This document shows positions 1 to 9,730 of a stretch of DNA of 64,000 nt, one piece after another. The position numbers were made by a program, and so were the translations under genes. The notes beneath the pieces are model-generated. The model was not told the origin of the DNA and did not search any database. It worked only from the letters and a program-made list of their open reading frames with translations. This DNA is from Gemmatimonadota bacterium (GTDB lineage Bacteria > JBHIER01 > G020348925): assembly GCA_020348925.1 (NCBI GenBank), contig CP070758.1:638469-702468 (forward strand), given 5' to 3'. Position 1 is the stretch's first letter. Every line of letters begins with the position of its first letter.

Positions 1-1000
1 AGGAAAACCGAAGGGGGTCGTTCTCTCCCATCGAATGATCTTTTGGAATTCTGTGAACACAATGATCCGGGACATCCTGCCCACAGATATCACCCTCACC
101 CACACCCCTCTCTTCTATACGGGTGGGCTCAACGTTTACACCCTGCCTCTCTTTCATCTTGGGGGAAGGGTGGTCTTAATGCAATCATGGGATGCCGACC
201 TGGCTTTGGATCTGATTGAAAAAGAGAAGATCACCATGTTTTTCGCTATTCCGACACAGTTTCAGATGATGCTCGATTCGCCCCGGTTCCATGAAACCGA
301 TCTCTCCTCCCTTCGCTTCGTTGTTGCCGGCGGAGCCCCCTGCCCCAGCCCGGTCATGGAGGCTTTCCGAAAGAAGGGTGTCATGTTCAAGCAGGGATAC
401 GGTCTGACCGAGGTGGGTCCGGGCGTCACGGCCATGGAATTTGAGGATGCCGAGCGCAAAACCGGATCCATCGGGGTGCCCAACTTCCACATGGAAGCCC
501 GGATTGTCGATGACGAGGGCCAAACAGTAGAGACCGGAGGCATCGGCGAGCTCATACTCAGAGCTCCCAGCATGTGCTCGGGCTACTGGAACGACCCGGG
601 TGCAACCCGCGAAGCCTTTCAGGACGGCTGGTTTCACACCGGCGACCTGGCCCGCCAGGACGAGGAGGGATTCCTCTTTATTGTGGGCCGGAAAAAGGAC
701 ATGTTCATCAGCGGCGGGATGAACGTCTACCCGGCCGAGGTGGAGTCCGTCCTGTACCGAAATCCGAAGATAGCCGAGGTCGCGGTGATCGGGGTGCCCC
801 ACGAGAAATGGGGGGAGGTAGGCATGGCATTTGTGGTCTGCAAGAATGGAGAGCAGCTGACGTCGGACGAAGTTATCCAATCCTGTCACAACAAGCTGGC
901 AAAATATAAGATACCCAAGGAGGTGAAATTCATGGATGCTCTCCCGAAAGGACCCTCGGGAAAGATCTTGAAAAAGGAGTTAATAAAAAGAGGTGGATGA
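1..1000 (+). CDS. Acyl-CoA synthetase / AMP-binding enzyme (long-chain fatty acid-CoA ligase or MenE-like), 5' end outside window
   Basis: Frame is open from nt 2 (GKPKGVVLSH, end of the AMP-binding P-loop). Motifs YGLTE, GWFHTGDL, GRKKDMFISGG.NVYPAEVE and LPKGPSGKILK present. Confidence 0.9.
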   Translation, partial: GKPKGVVLSHRMIFWNSVNTMIRDILPTDITLTHTPLFYTGGLNVYTLPLFHLGGRVVLMQSWDADLALDLIEKEKITMFFAIPTQFQMMLDSPRFHETDLSSLRFVVAGGAPCPSPVMEAFRKKGVMFKQGYGLTEVGPGVTAMEFEDAERKTGSIGVPNFHMEARIVDDEGQTVETGGIGELILRAPSMCSGYWNDPGATREAFQDGWFHTGDLARQDEEGFLFIVGRKKDMFISGGMNVYPAEVESVLYRNPKIAEVAVIGVPHEKWGEVGMAFVVCKNGEQLTSDEVIQSCHNKLAKYKIPKEVKFMDALPKGPSGKILKKELIKRGG

Positions 1001-1053
1001 ACGACATCCTGACCTCGGATATTCGAACGCTACATCATGATTAGGCGAAAACG

Positions 1054-3786
1054 ATGACGATAAAAAAACTGTTGTGCTACAGTTGTGTTTTGGTCTATAT
1101 CCTCCTTCCTCTTTTGCCGGTCTCTGCCGGCACAACCGGGAAAATCGTAGGCTCGGTCACCGATGCCAAGACAGGGGAACCTCTGCCGGGAGTGAACATT
1201 ATTGTTGAGGGAACAACACTGGGGGCGGCCACGAACACGAAAGGTGACTACATGATTTTGAATGTCACACCGGGAGTCTACAGCTTGAGGGCATCGATGA
1301 TCGGATATACCCCCATGGTCGTCCAACAGGCGAGGGTGACTTTAGACCTGACCACAACGGTCAACTTCCCTCTGACCTCCACGGTTATAGAACTCGAGGA
1401 AGTGGTCACGGTGACGGCGGAGCGACCTCTCATTCAGAAAGACGTGACCTCTTCGGTGAACATCGTCAATCAGGATCTGATCGAAACCATGCCGGTGGAG
1501 GATTACACCGAGGTGCTGGCCCTCAACCCGGGTATCACGAGAGATTTTCGTGGGTTTCATCTCAGAGGCGGTCGCGAGAGGGAGGTCGTCTTCGAAGTCG
1601 ACGGTATCCCGGTGCAGGAGCCCAATTACGGGACCTCATACAGCGGCATTTCGGTTCTCAGCCTCAACAACACGGCCATCTCGGAGATGGTCGTACAGAG
1701 CGGTGGGTTCAATGCCGAGTACGGGAACGCTCAATCTGGAGTGGTCAATATCATCACAAGAGAGGGCGGAGAAACTTTTCACGGCTCGTTGAACGCAGAA
1801 ACGGAGTTGGATCTGGACGAGGGGAAAAAGGGGCGGGACTATCACACCGGCTTCCGCAAGTATCGCCTCAATCTCAGTGGACCGGTGCCGCATCTGCCTC
1901 AATTGAAATACTTTTTGTCTACGGAAATCATTACCGCCGATGATGGTTTTCCTTCCCGAGAGAGGACCCCGTCGGAGCTGAATGAGTTGAATGTGACAGG
2001 AAAACTCACCTATCAGATGACACCCCAGATTAAATTGACTCTCAGTAGCGTTTTCTCGGATAAAGAATATTCCCTCTACGACGTCCGGCGGAAACCATTC
2101 CCTGATACCTTTCAACTGAGGGACACGAACGTTAAGAATTTTTCTGTAAATTTTAACCACGCTTTGAGTCATGATACATATTACAATGTGTTGTTGGGCT
2201 ACAGTCGAACTCACTATAACGCCGCCCAGCGGGACAAAAGATACGATATCACCCAGAGCTGGGACTGGAACACCTATTCCGGGTCCGGCGATACCCTCTT
2301 TTCACACTGGGCTATTGACACGCGCGACACAATCACCGTCTTGCGCGGCGATACCCTTGAGTTGATGCGCGACAACAACCTCTTCCGATATTCGGAGATG
2401 ATTACGTACCTGGGAGAGGCCAACATCACGAAACAGGCGGGGAAACATCATCAGTTCAAAGGCGGACTGGAGATCCACGTCTACGATGTGGAATACGAGG
2501 CCGTCTGGTACTTCGCCGCCCTTCCCTTCACATACTGCTACGGCCTTGGGCAGGATGAGCTCTTCCTGCCCGACATAAAACCGAAATCGTACAGCATCTA
2601 TGTGCAGGACAAGATGGAATTTGAGGGCGTGATTGCCAACGTCGGCCTACGATTCGATGCCTTTGATCCCGATGCCGAGATCCCTTCGGACTCCTATCGG
2701 CCTTACTACGATTTCCCTCCGACAGGCCCTCCCACCCCAACCACCCCCGACACCTTCTGGGTGGGCCCGGAGAAAGACATACCGACGCCGCGAGATTGGG
2801 TACGGGCTTCGACAAAGTACAGCATCAGCCCGCGGCTCGGGGTTTCGCACCCCGTGACGGACAGAGACAAGCTCCATTTCACCTACGGTCATTACCATCA
2901 GATGCCGGAATTTTACCTCCTGTACAGAAATTACAATTACAGTTACGATATCTGGGCCCTGGGACCCAATGCCGATCTCAAGCCCGAGAAAACGGTCTCC
3001 TATGAAATCGGTGTGGAGCACCTTCTGTCCGACTCCTGGCTGGTGAATGTGACGGCCTTTTTCAAGGACATCGACAATCTGGTTGAAGAATATCTGGCCA
3101 ACGACCCCCGGGACCCCGAGTTTCAGGAGGCCATGGAGGATTCGACCGATCCTCCTCTGGACTGGCCCTACTGGTACATTGCCGACAACGCGGCCTGGGG
3201 GAAGGTGAAAGGTCTGGAGTTTTACCTCCTCAAGCAGGCATCGCCCCGGGATCACATCTCCCTCAACCTCTCCTACACATACATGATAGCTCGGGGGAAA
3301 TCCTCGAACTATCACGAGGGGTTCCTGCGCGATCTGCGGAACGAGGTGCCCCCGGTGAAGGATTTCTACTTGGACTGGGACCAGCGGCACACGGTTTCCC
3401 TCAATCTCGACTACAGGGTTCCGGGCAACTACGGCCTCAGCCTGCTTTTCCGATACGGCTCAGGTACGCCCTACACGGGCTACACGGGCTGGTTCGGGGA
3501 GTCCCGCAGCCCGGTGGAGAACAACGAGCGCCTGCCCGAAACTTTCACTGTTGATCTCAAACTGAACAAAATGTTCCGGGTTTCGTCGAACATGTCGGCC
3601 AACGTCTACATCCTCGTGGACAATCTTCTGGATCGGGAGAACGTGTACCGATTCGACGACACCAATATCTTGATTCCCATGGTGGAATATCTGCACGAGA
3701 CCGGAGACTTCAGTGGCCCGTACGACGACCCTACCGTCTTCGGTTCGCACCGGGAAATCAAAGGAGGCGTCTCTTTTTCATGGTAA
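1054..3786 (+). CDS. TonB-dependent receptor with N-terminal carboxypeptidase-regulatory-like domain
   Basis: Signal peptide; GTTGKIVGSVTDAKTGEPLPGVNI; plug motifs FHLRGGR and GGFNAEYGNAQSGVVNIIT; barrel motif LKPEKTVSYEIG; C-terminal aromatic residue (VSFSW). Confidence 0.93.
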   Translation: MTIKKLLCYSCVLVYILLPLLPVSAGTTGKIVGSVTDAKTGEPLPGVNIIVEGTTLGAATNTKGDYMILNVTPGVYSLRASMIGYTPMVVQQARVTLDLTTTVNFPLTSTVIELEEVVTVTAERPLIQKDVTSSVNIVNQDLIETMPVEDYTEVLALNPGITRDFRGFHLRGGREREVVFEVDGIPVQEPNYGTSYSGISVLSLNNTAISEMVVQSGGFNAEYGNAQSGVVNIITREGGETFHGSLNAETELDLDEGKKGRDYHTGFRKYRLNLSGPVPHLPQLKYFLSTEIITADDGFPSRERTPSELNELNVTGKLTYQMTPQIKLTLSSVFSDKEYSLYDVRRKPFPDTFQLRDTNVKNFSVNFNHALSHDTYYNVLLGYSRTHYNAAQRDKRYDITQSWDWNTYSGSGDTLFSHWAIDTRDTITVLRGDTLELMRDNNLFRYSEMITYLGEANITKQAGKHHQFKGGLEIHVYDVEYEAVWYFAALPFTYCYGLGQDELFLPDIKPKSYSIYVQDKMEFEGVIANVGLRFDAFDPDAEIPSDSYRPYYDFPPTGPPTPTTPDTFWVGPEKDIPTPRDWVRASTKYSISPRLGVSHPVTDRDKLHFTYGHYHQMPEFYLLYRNYNYSYDIWALGPNADLKPEKTVSYEIGVEHLLSDSWLVNVTAFFKDIDNLVEEYLANDPRDPEFQEAMEDSTDPPLDWPYWYIADNAAWGKVKGLEFYLLKQASPRDHISLNLSYTYMIARGKSSNYHEGFLRDLRNEVPPVKDFYLDWDQRHTVSLNLDYRVPGNYGLSLLFRYGSGTPYTGYTGWFGESRSPVENNERLPETFTVDLKLNKMFRVSSNMSANVYILVDNLLDRENVYRFDDTNILIPMVEYLHETGDFSGPYDDPTVFGSHREIKGGVSFSW

Positions 3787-3818
3787 TCATCCATATCGGG
3801 AAAGAAAGTTTGAGAACT

Positions 3819-5456
3819 GTGAAATATCTTAAATTACCAGCATTCATTCTGTTATCACTTATGAGTGTGGGAGCGATCCAATCGTGCCGTGCTCAACCTC
3901 AGGAGCTTGAGAAACCGGCCGCCCTGACATCCATCAAAATCGGGAAGCTGTGGGGGCGGAACAACGTCTCCAACTTCGGGTACATCGGCACCCTGGAGTA
4001 TCCGGGTTCCAGCGGAAACGAGTATATCTCCACGGCCGCCGGTGTCCTCCTCAGCGGGACGGTCTCCTCGGGTCGGACAACCTTCATCGGCTTCTACGAG
4101 CCCTATTTCGATTTTGCCTACCATGACTTTTTGAGGGAGAGCTGGCAGCAGCGCGGGGACGGAATCACGACTTCCACTCTCACAGCCAGGGCCAACCTGC
4201 AGGGTCATCCCGACGGTATGGGTATTGAGATGGAAACGGAGATCATGGCCTGGAGCTATCCCCAGTACGATGACTTTTTTATCCTCCGCCACACCTTCAC
4301 CAATAAGGGGGAGGAGGACATCACAAATTTCTGGTTCGGATACACACTGCCGGCCGACTGCGGACCCACCGATGTCTGAGAGTGGTACATGGATGATCTC
4401 TGCGCCTATGACCGTGAGAGGGGTCTGATCTATATGCATGATGACGATGGCGACGGCGGGCTCTCCCCGTACTATATCGGTGAGGCCCTTCTGTTGGCAC
4501 CACCGGTCAACGGAACCTCCGACGATCCCGCGATCACTTCACAGAAGTGGACAACTTTTCACTACTTCACCATCAGCAATCCCTTGTCCGGCAGAGAGGA
4601 CGTCTATTCCCGGCTCACCTCAGGCATTATGAGCAATGCCTCCACCCCCGGGCCGTATGATGCCCTGTGCGGTGTCGGCCCGTACACCTTGAAAACCGGG
4701 GGCTCTCTGTCCTTCACGGTGGCCATCCTCTACGGAGAGGGCCTTTCAGAATTGGCCAAAACTACCGATAGGGCAGCCCTCTTGGCGGCCTCGGATTTCG
4801 CCGTTCCGGAAATCGACGTGCCGCCGACCATACCCCGGATTACGGAGGCGACAGTGGAAGAGGACAGAATTTCCATATTTTGGAGCGATGAAGCCACCTC
4901 CGAAAGCGATTTCGCAGGGTTCAGATTGTACAGAAGCGACGTCTCTCAACTGGGTCCCTGGATCGAGATCTTCGAGACACCGTCGGAGATCTCCTACGTC
5001 GATCAGGGGAGGATCGGCTTCCCGCAATACTATCTGATCACGAGCTACGATACCGACGGGAACGAATGCGGCACATGGGGTGACCGGAATCGAACCATCG
5101 AGCCGGTCTACGCCGCTCACGGCTCCGAAAAATCGGTTGAGAAAGTGAGAGTGGTCCCCAATCCCTATCTGGGCAGCGCCGCCTGGGAGCGGGAGGTCTA
5201 CGAGAGCCGGCTCTATTTCACCCGTCTTCCGGAAAGATGCACAATCTCCATCTACACTCTCACCGGGGACCTGGTGAACACCTTGTACCACAACATGGAC
5301 GGTGATCCCACTCCTGACGGCAGCGGTGACGAGGCCTGGGACCTGCTGACCCTCAACGAGCAGTCGATTGTCACCGGCCTGTACATTTTCCGGGTCGTCT
5401 CGGACAACGGTGAGACGCATACCGGAACATTCGCCGTAGTCAAGGGACAGAGATAA
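3819..5456 (+). pseudogene. Secreted protein with fibronectin-like and T9SS-like C-terminal domain, interrupted by one in-frame TGA at 4377-4379 (nonsense mutation, sequencing error or recoding)
   Basis: ORFs 3780-4379 and 4389-5456 share a frame and read ...PTDV*EWYMDDL... The first has a signal peptide (likely GTG start 3819); the second has a VVPNPY...CTISIYTLTGDLV...WDL...GLYIFRV...FAVVK sorting-type tail. Confidence 0.75.
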
Positions 5457-6448
5457 TGGACCGGTTGATGAACATAAAGAAGATGAAGACTGTTCTCCCC
5501 GTGATAGCATTCCTCATCCTTTCGGCTGTGAACACTCAGGCCATCAACAAAGTGGGCACAGTGGGTGCCCAATTCCTGAAGCTCACCGTTGGCGCTCGAT
5601 ACGTGGGCATGGGAGATGCGTATACCTGCGCCGTCTCAGATGCCAACGCCGTCTTCTGCAACCCCGCAGCCATGACCGGGATCGAAGGGTACGACGCGAC
5701 CTTTTCCCACCGAGGCTGGATCGCCGGGATAACCCACGAGGCTGCGGCCGTGGTGCGAAACGTCGAGGGTATCGGAAGTTTCGGCCTGGGAGCTGTCATG
5801 CTGGGTGCCGACGATATGGAGATCACCACCACGGCTCAACAGGACGGCACCGGCTCCTATTTCACCTACCGGGACATAGCCGTGAGCTTCTCCTATGCCC
5901 GGCGTCTGACGGACAAGTTCTCGACCGGGCTAACCGTAAAATATATCGACCAGCAAATATACACCGTCCACGCCAAGGGCTGGGCTTTTGACGTGGGGAC
6001 CTATTACTGGACCGGATTTAAGACCTTGCGCTTCGGTATGACCATCCAGAATTTCGGACCGGATATGACCCCCGGAGGCAGTTATCTCGACACGCAGGTG
6101 TCCGGACTGTTCCTGGAGGAGAAGGAATTCTCCTACGGGGAATACCCTCTGCCCGTCAAATTTACCGTGGGCCTGGCCTACGATTTTCGTATCACCGAGA
6201 CCATAAAGACCACCCTGACCGTGGACGCCCTGCATCCCAACGACTACACCGAGAGAGCCCACGTGGGGGTGGAAGGGATGTACCTAAAGGTCCTGGCCCT
6301 CAGAGGAGGATACAAGATCAACTACGAAGAGGAGGCCTTCACCGCTGGATTCGGCCTGAAATACAGGAACATGGCCTTCGACTACGCCTATTCGGACGTG
6401 GGGGTGTTCAAAGGAACGAGCACCTTTTCCCTCGGCTTCTCTTTCTAA
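5456..6448 (+). CDS. PorV/PorQ family outer-membrane beta-barrel (FadL-like)
   Basis: KVGTVGAQFLKLTVGARYVGMGDA...A(V)FCNPA N-terminal motif; beta-strand pattern; terminal SLGFSF. Confidence 0.88.
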   Translation: MDRLMNIKKMKTVLPVIAFLILSAVNTQAINKVGTVGAQFLKLTVGARYVGMGDAYTCAVSDANAVFCNPAAMTGIEGYDATFSHRGWIAGITHEAAAVVRNVEGIGSFGLGAVMLGADDMEITTTAQQDGTGSYFTYRDIAVSFSYARRLTDKFSTGLTVKYIDQQIYTVHAKGWAFDVGTYYWTGFKTLRFGMTIQNFGPDMTPGGSYLDTQVSGLFLEEKEFSYGEYPLPVKFTVGLAYDFRITETIKTTLTVDALHPNDYTERAHVGVEGMYLKVLALRGGYKINYEEEAFTAGFGLKYRNMAFDYAYSDVGVFKGTSTFSLGFSF

Positions 6449-6504
6449 GGACAAAAGATACAAACACCTTTCTTGGAGAAACGCCCTAACAAAGGAGGAT
6501 TATT

Positions 6505-7542
6505 ATGAGAACGGGAGCACTTCCACTCATCCTCATCTCCTGTCTCCTTCTGCTGTCATTCACCAATCTCTGCGGGCAGATTGAAATCCTGTGGAGCGAC
6601 AACTTCAGCGATGAGGAGTACACGGACAATCCTCCCTGGTGGATCTGGGAGGATGAGGACGGGAACAAGGCCGGCAAGGCCAGGGTGGAGAACGGGGAGC
6701 TCATCCTGTTCGAGCCCAATCCCGTTTTCAGACCAGCCTTCAACCTTGTATGGACCGGCGGAGACACTTTGAATCACAGATACACGCGGACCGATTTCTA
6801 TCTGACCTGCAAGATGATGATGACGGCCAACGGGGATCCTTACAACAGTGAGATGCCCCACATTTACACCCGGGCCTCTCTGGACGCGCGGGTCTGGTAT
6901 GTCGTCATCTTCGCCCCACGGGGGAGTCGGGGTGCGGGGATGTACATCTTCTCTTATGAACAGACCGTTCACTTTGTGGCCGATCCTTTGGTGCAGCCCG
7001 GTTCCTCTTTCAACGTGGCTCTCAAGGTCGAAGCCGACACCATCAACTGCTCGGTCTACCAAGGCCCTTTCCCCCCTGAGGAGTGGGAGCTCACCTACGT
7101 CCTGCCTGAAGAAGATCACGTCGAGCCGGAGGAGGCCGTCGCTCTTCTCACTTTAGGCGGCTGGTATCTGGACGAGCTGCACATCGATAATGTCGTCTAC
7201 TGGAGCGTAGGGGAAGAGACCGGCGTGAACACCTCCGTATCTTCATCAATCCCTGACGCTCTATCCCTCGTACAGAATTACCCCAACCCCTTCAATTCGA
7301 ACACAGAAATCAGGTACCACATACCCGATGTCCCTTCACCCATCCCAACCACTTTGAAGATTTACAGCATCTTGGGACAGGAGACAAGGACACTCATAGA
7401 CAGACCCCATGAGGCGGGCCACTTCACCACCTCCTGGAATGGCAGGGATAATTTTGGGGACGAGGTGGCCAGCGGCGTCTATTTCTATAGGTTAACGGCC
7501 GGTGACTATCATATGATGAAAAAGATGATTCTACTCAAATAA
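6505..7542 (+). CDS. Secreted protein with beta-sandwich domain and T9SS type A / FlgD-Ig C-terminal sorting domain
   Basis: RBS GGAGG; signal peptide; QNYPNPFN...WNGRDNFGDEVASGVYFYRL...KKMILLK. Confidence 0.88.
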   Translation: MRTGALPLILISCLLLLSFTNLCGQIEILWSDNFSDEEYTDNPPWWIWEDEDGNKAGKARVENGELILFEPNPVFRPAFNLVWTGGDTLNHRYTRTDFYLTCKMMMTANGDPYNSEMPHIYTRASLDARVWYVVIFAPRGSRGAGMYIFSYEQTVHFVADPLVQPGSSFNVALKVEADTINCSVYQGPFPPEEWELTYVLPEEDHVEPEEAVALLTLGGWYLDELHIDNVVYWSVGEETGVNTSVSSSIPDALSLVQNYPNPFNSNTEIRYHIPDVPSPIPTTLKIYSILGQETRTLIDRPHEAGHFTTSWNGRDNFGDEVASGVYFYRLTAGDYHMMKKMILLK

Positions 7543-7747
7543 GCACGAAGGAGGATCGAACCATGGGGTAGGCCATGGAAGCGCGATTGTCAGCCTGAAA
7601 ACGGAGAAAGGAGGTGAGAGAGGGCAGATTCCAGACGCAGATTTACCTCTGTTGTTTGTTCACTTTATCAACATGAGAGGGGGTGATGCCCGGCAACAAA
7701 TGTGGTCACTGTCTCACTAAAAAGTAGGTCTTGAAAAGGAGGGTTCA

Positions 7748-8486
7748 ATGAAACGGTTCACTTTCATAGTGGTATTCACAGCGTGCCTGAGTATGTTGGC
7801 AGGGATGAATACCTTTGCTCAGGAAATCCCCTCGGAGCTGGTCGGAACCTGGGTGGCCGATGGCAGCCAGGGGAGCTTGGGATCAGGACTGGGCAGCCTG
7901 GCCATGGCCGGCTGGTCCGACTACTCCCTCACATTGAATGGCGACGGCACCTATCTGGCCACCGGCAACAACATTTATCAATTCGAGGACGCCTCAGGCG
8001 TCATCACCCACAGTGGGACGTTTACACTGGATCCGGAAGCCTCGCCGGCCCAGATCGATCTCATCATCGATGCCACGAACAGCTCGACATACTTCGCCGT
8101 GGGCGAGTCCCAGCCCAGCATCTACGAGCTGATCAACGACGATGAAACCATGAAGATCAACTTCGGCTCGTCCCAATTCGGAGTCCCCAGACCGACCGAT
8201 TTTGTCCCAGGCAACGAATTGGCCAAACAGGGTGTCGGACCGCAGCCCATCCCCGAGGCGCTGATCGGAACCTGGATGGCCGATGAGGCACAGGGGAGCT
8301 TGGGTGAGGGCATGGGCAGTCTGGCCATGTCCGGTTGGACCGACTACTCCCTGACATTGAATAGCGACGGGACGTATGAGGTCAGCGGCAACAACATCTA
8401 CCAGGGTGGCGTCATCACCCACAGCGGAACATTCACGGTTGACGCCACGGCCTCGCCGGCCCAGATCGATCTCAACATCGAAGAGA
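7748..8486 (+). CDS. Secreted protein with tandem TIGR03067-like (lipocalin-like) domains, truncated by contig end
   Basis: Signal peptide; LVGTW...HSGTFTLDP...PAQIDL...SIYEL...RPTDF domain repeated with about 423-nt period (7826 vs 8249). Confidence 0.7.
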
Positions 8487-8586
8487 NNNNNNNNNNNNNN
8501 NNNNNNNNNNNNNNNNNNNNNNNNNNNNNNNNNNNNNNNNNNNNNNNNNNNNNNNNNNNNNNNNNNNNNNNNNNNNNNNNNNNNNN

Positions 8587-8915
8587 ACGATAACTTCTGC
8601 TTCAGCGATGTCGGACTGGAATGATTTAAATGCATCATTGTCGTCCAACTCCTCAGGATCACTATATAACACATCTAAAACTTCAATGGCTGATAAACCA
8701 CCAATCGCATAATCTTTTACTTGGACAGCTTTCCTCGTGTCTCGTCCAATATTTTCAGCATATCTTTCTGCAACTCCCCATCCTGTGGAATCGCTGATAT
8801 AGACTAAGTCCCACTTTTCCAGTTCATTCAGTTGATTCCTCTTTGTACAGCCACATATGATAGTTGGGACAATGACAATAAGTAATATCCTTAGGAAGAA
8901 ACTATAGGTTCTCAT
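8587..8915 (-). CDS. Probable lipoprotein, SGNH/GDSL-hydrolase-like, truncated by contig end
   Basis: RBS GGAGG; hydrophobic leader ending IICGC; LVYISDSTGWG resembles SGNH block I and YAIGGLS block II. Confidence 0.55.
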
Positions 8916-9250
8916 TTTATTTACCTCCTTTTGAGGAATTCAGTTATAGATAGGTTTATCCAAAAGCTATTCAGTTTTCCATAAGAAAGCAAGGAGAAAA
9001 GTCAAGACAATAAGGTTATTGATATGGATGTATTCAGCATTTGGTGTCTGAATTAATGCCATAGCAAAACACCATATATTGGAGAAATTGATACATATTA
9101 TTTTTTCAAAAAGTACGGATTATCAAAGATAATATTGAATTTTGACTTTGGCTTCAAAGTGAATATTTCTCCCAGAATTGGAGAAATAAAGATGGTGCAG
9201 GAATATCCATTTCTCGGATTCCCCTCAGAGATCAGTCAATAAAATATTGC

Positions 9251-9278
9251 TTGACATAAAATGAAATCAGACTATCTT
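9251..9278 (+). promoter_or_regulatory. Sigma70-type promoter
   Basis: TTGACA (9251-9256), 16 nt, TATCTT (9273-9278). Confidence 0.6.
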
Positions 9279-9282
9279 AAGA

Positions 9283-9533
9283 TAGAGTTGAATTATACAG
9301 GAGAGCTGTATCTGGCTTTGCTCGATCCATTCTCGTCATAGTACTCCTCAACATCATCGTCTTAACTCTACGGTTCACCTGTCAGTTACTGACACCAACG
9401 GAACCACTTCAAAAACGTTTACAGATATAAACTGTTTCAGGGATGAAAATGGTAACAGTTGATATCTTTATGTCGAGGATCATAAACGCCTTCTTTGTAC
9501 TCCTTTGAAAGATGAGTGTTGGGGGCGTTTTTT
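9283..9533 (+). ncRNA. Candidate structured leader or small RNA ending in an intrinsic terminator
   Basis: Five hand-identified stems starting right after the promoter; the last (AAACGCCTTC 9484-9493 / GGGGGCGTTT 9521-9530) is followed by a T tract; no long ORF. Confidence 0.45.
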
Positions 9534-9730
9534 CATTAACAGAAGTAAATGTCATTTTTTGATTACACTTTTTGAGAAAAGAGATAGTCGAAAATTATAT
9601 CTTGTGAGGGAAAGTTTTTAAAGTAAAAAATTTGATTTTTACTGATAGTCATCACATCACTTAATAAGATATTGTGAGGAAGATTAACACTAACATTCAT
9701 TTACAAGTGTTTTTATATAAGGAGGCCGTC

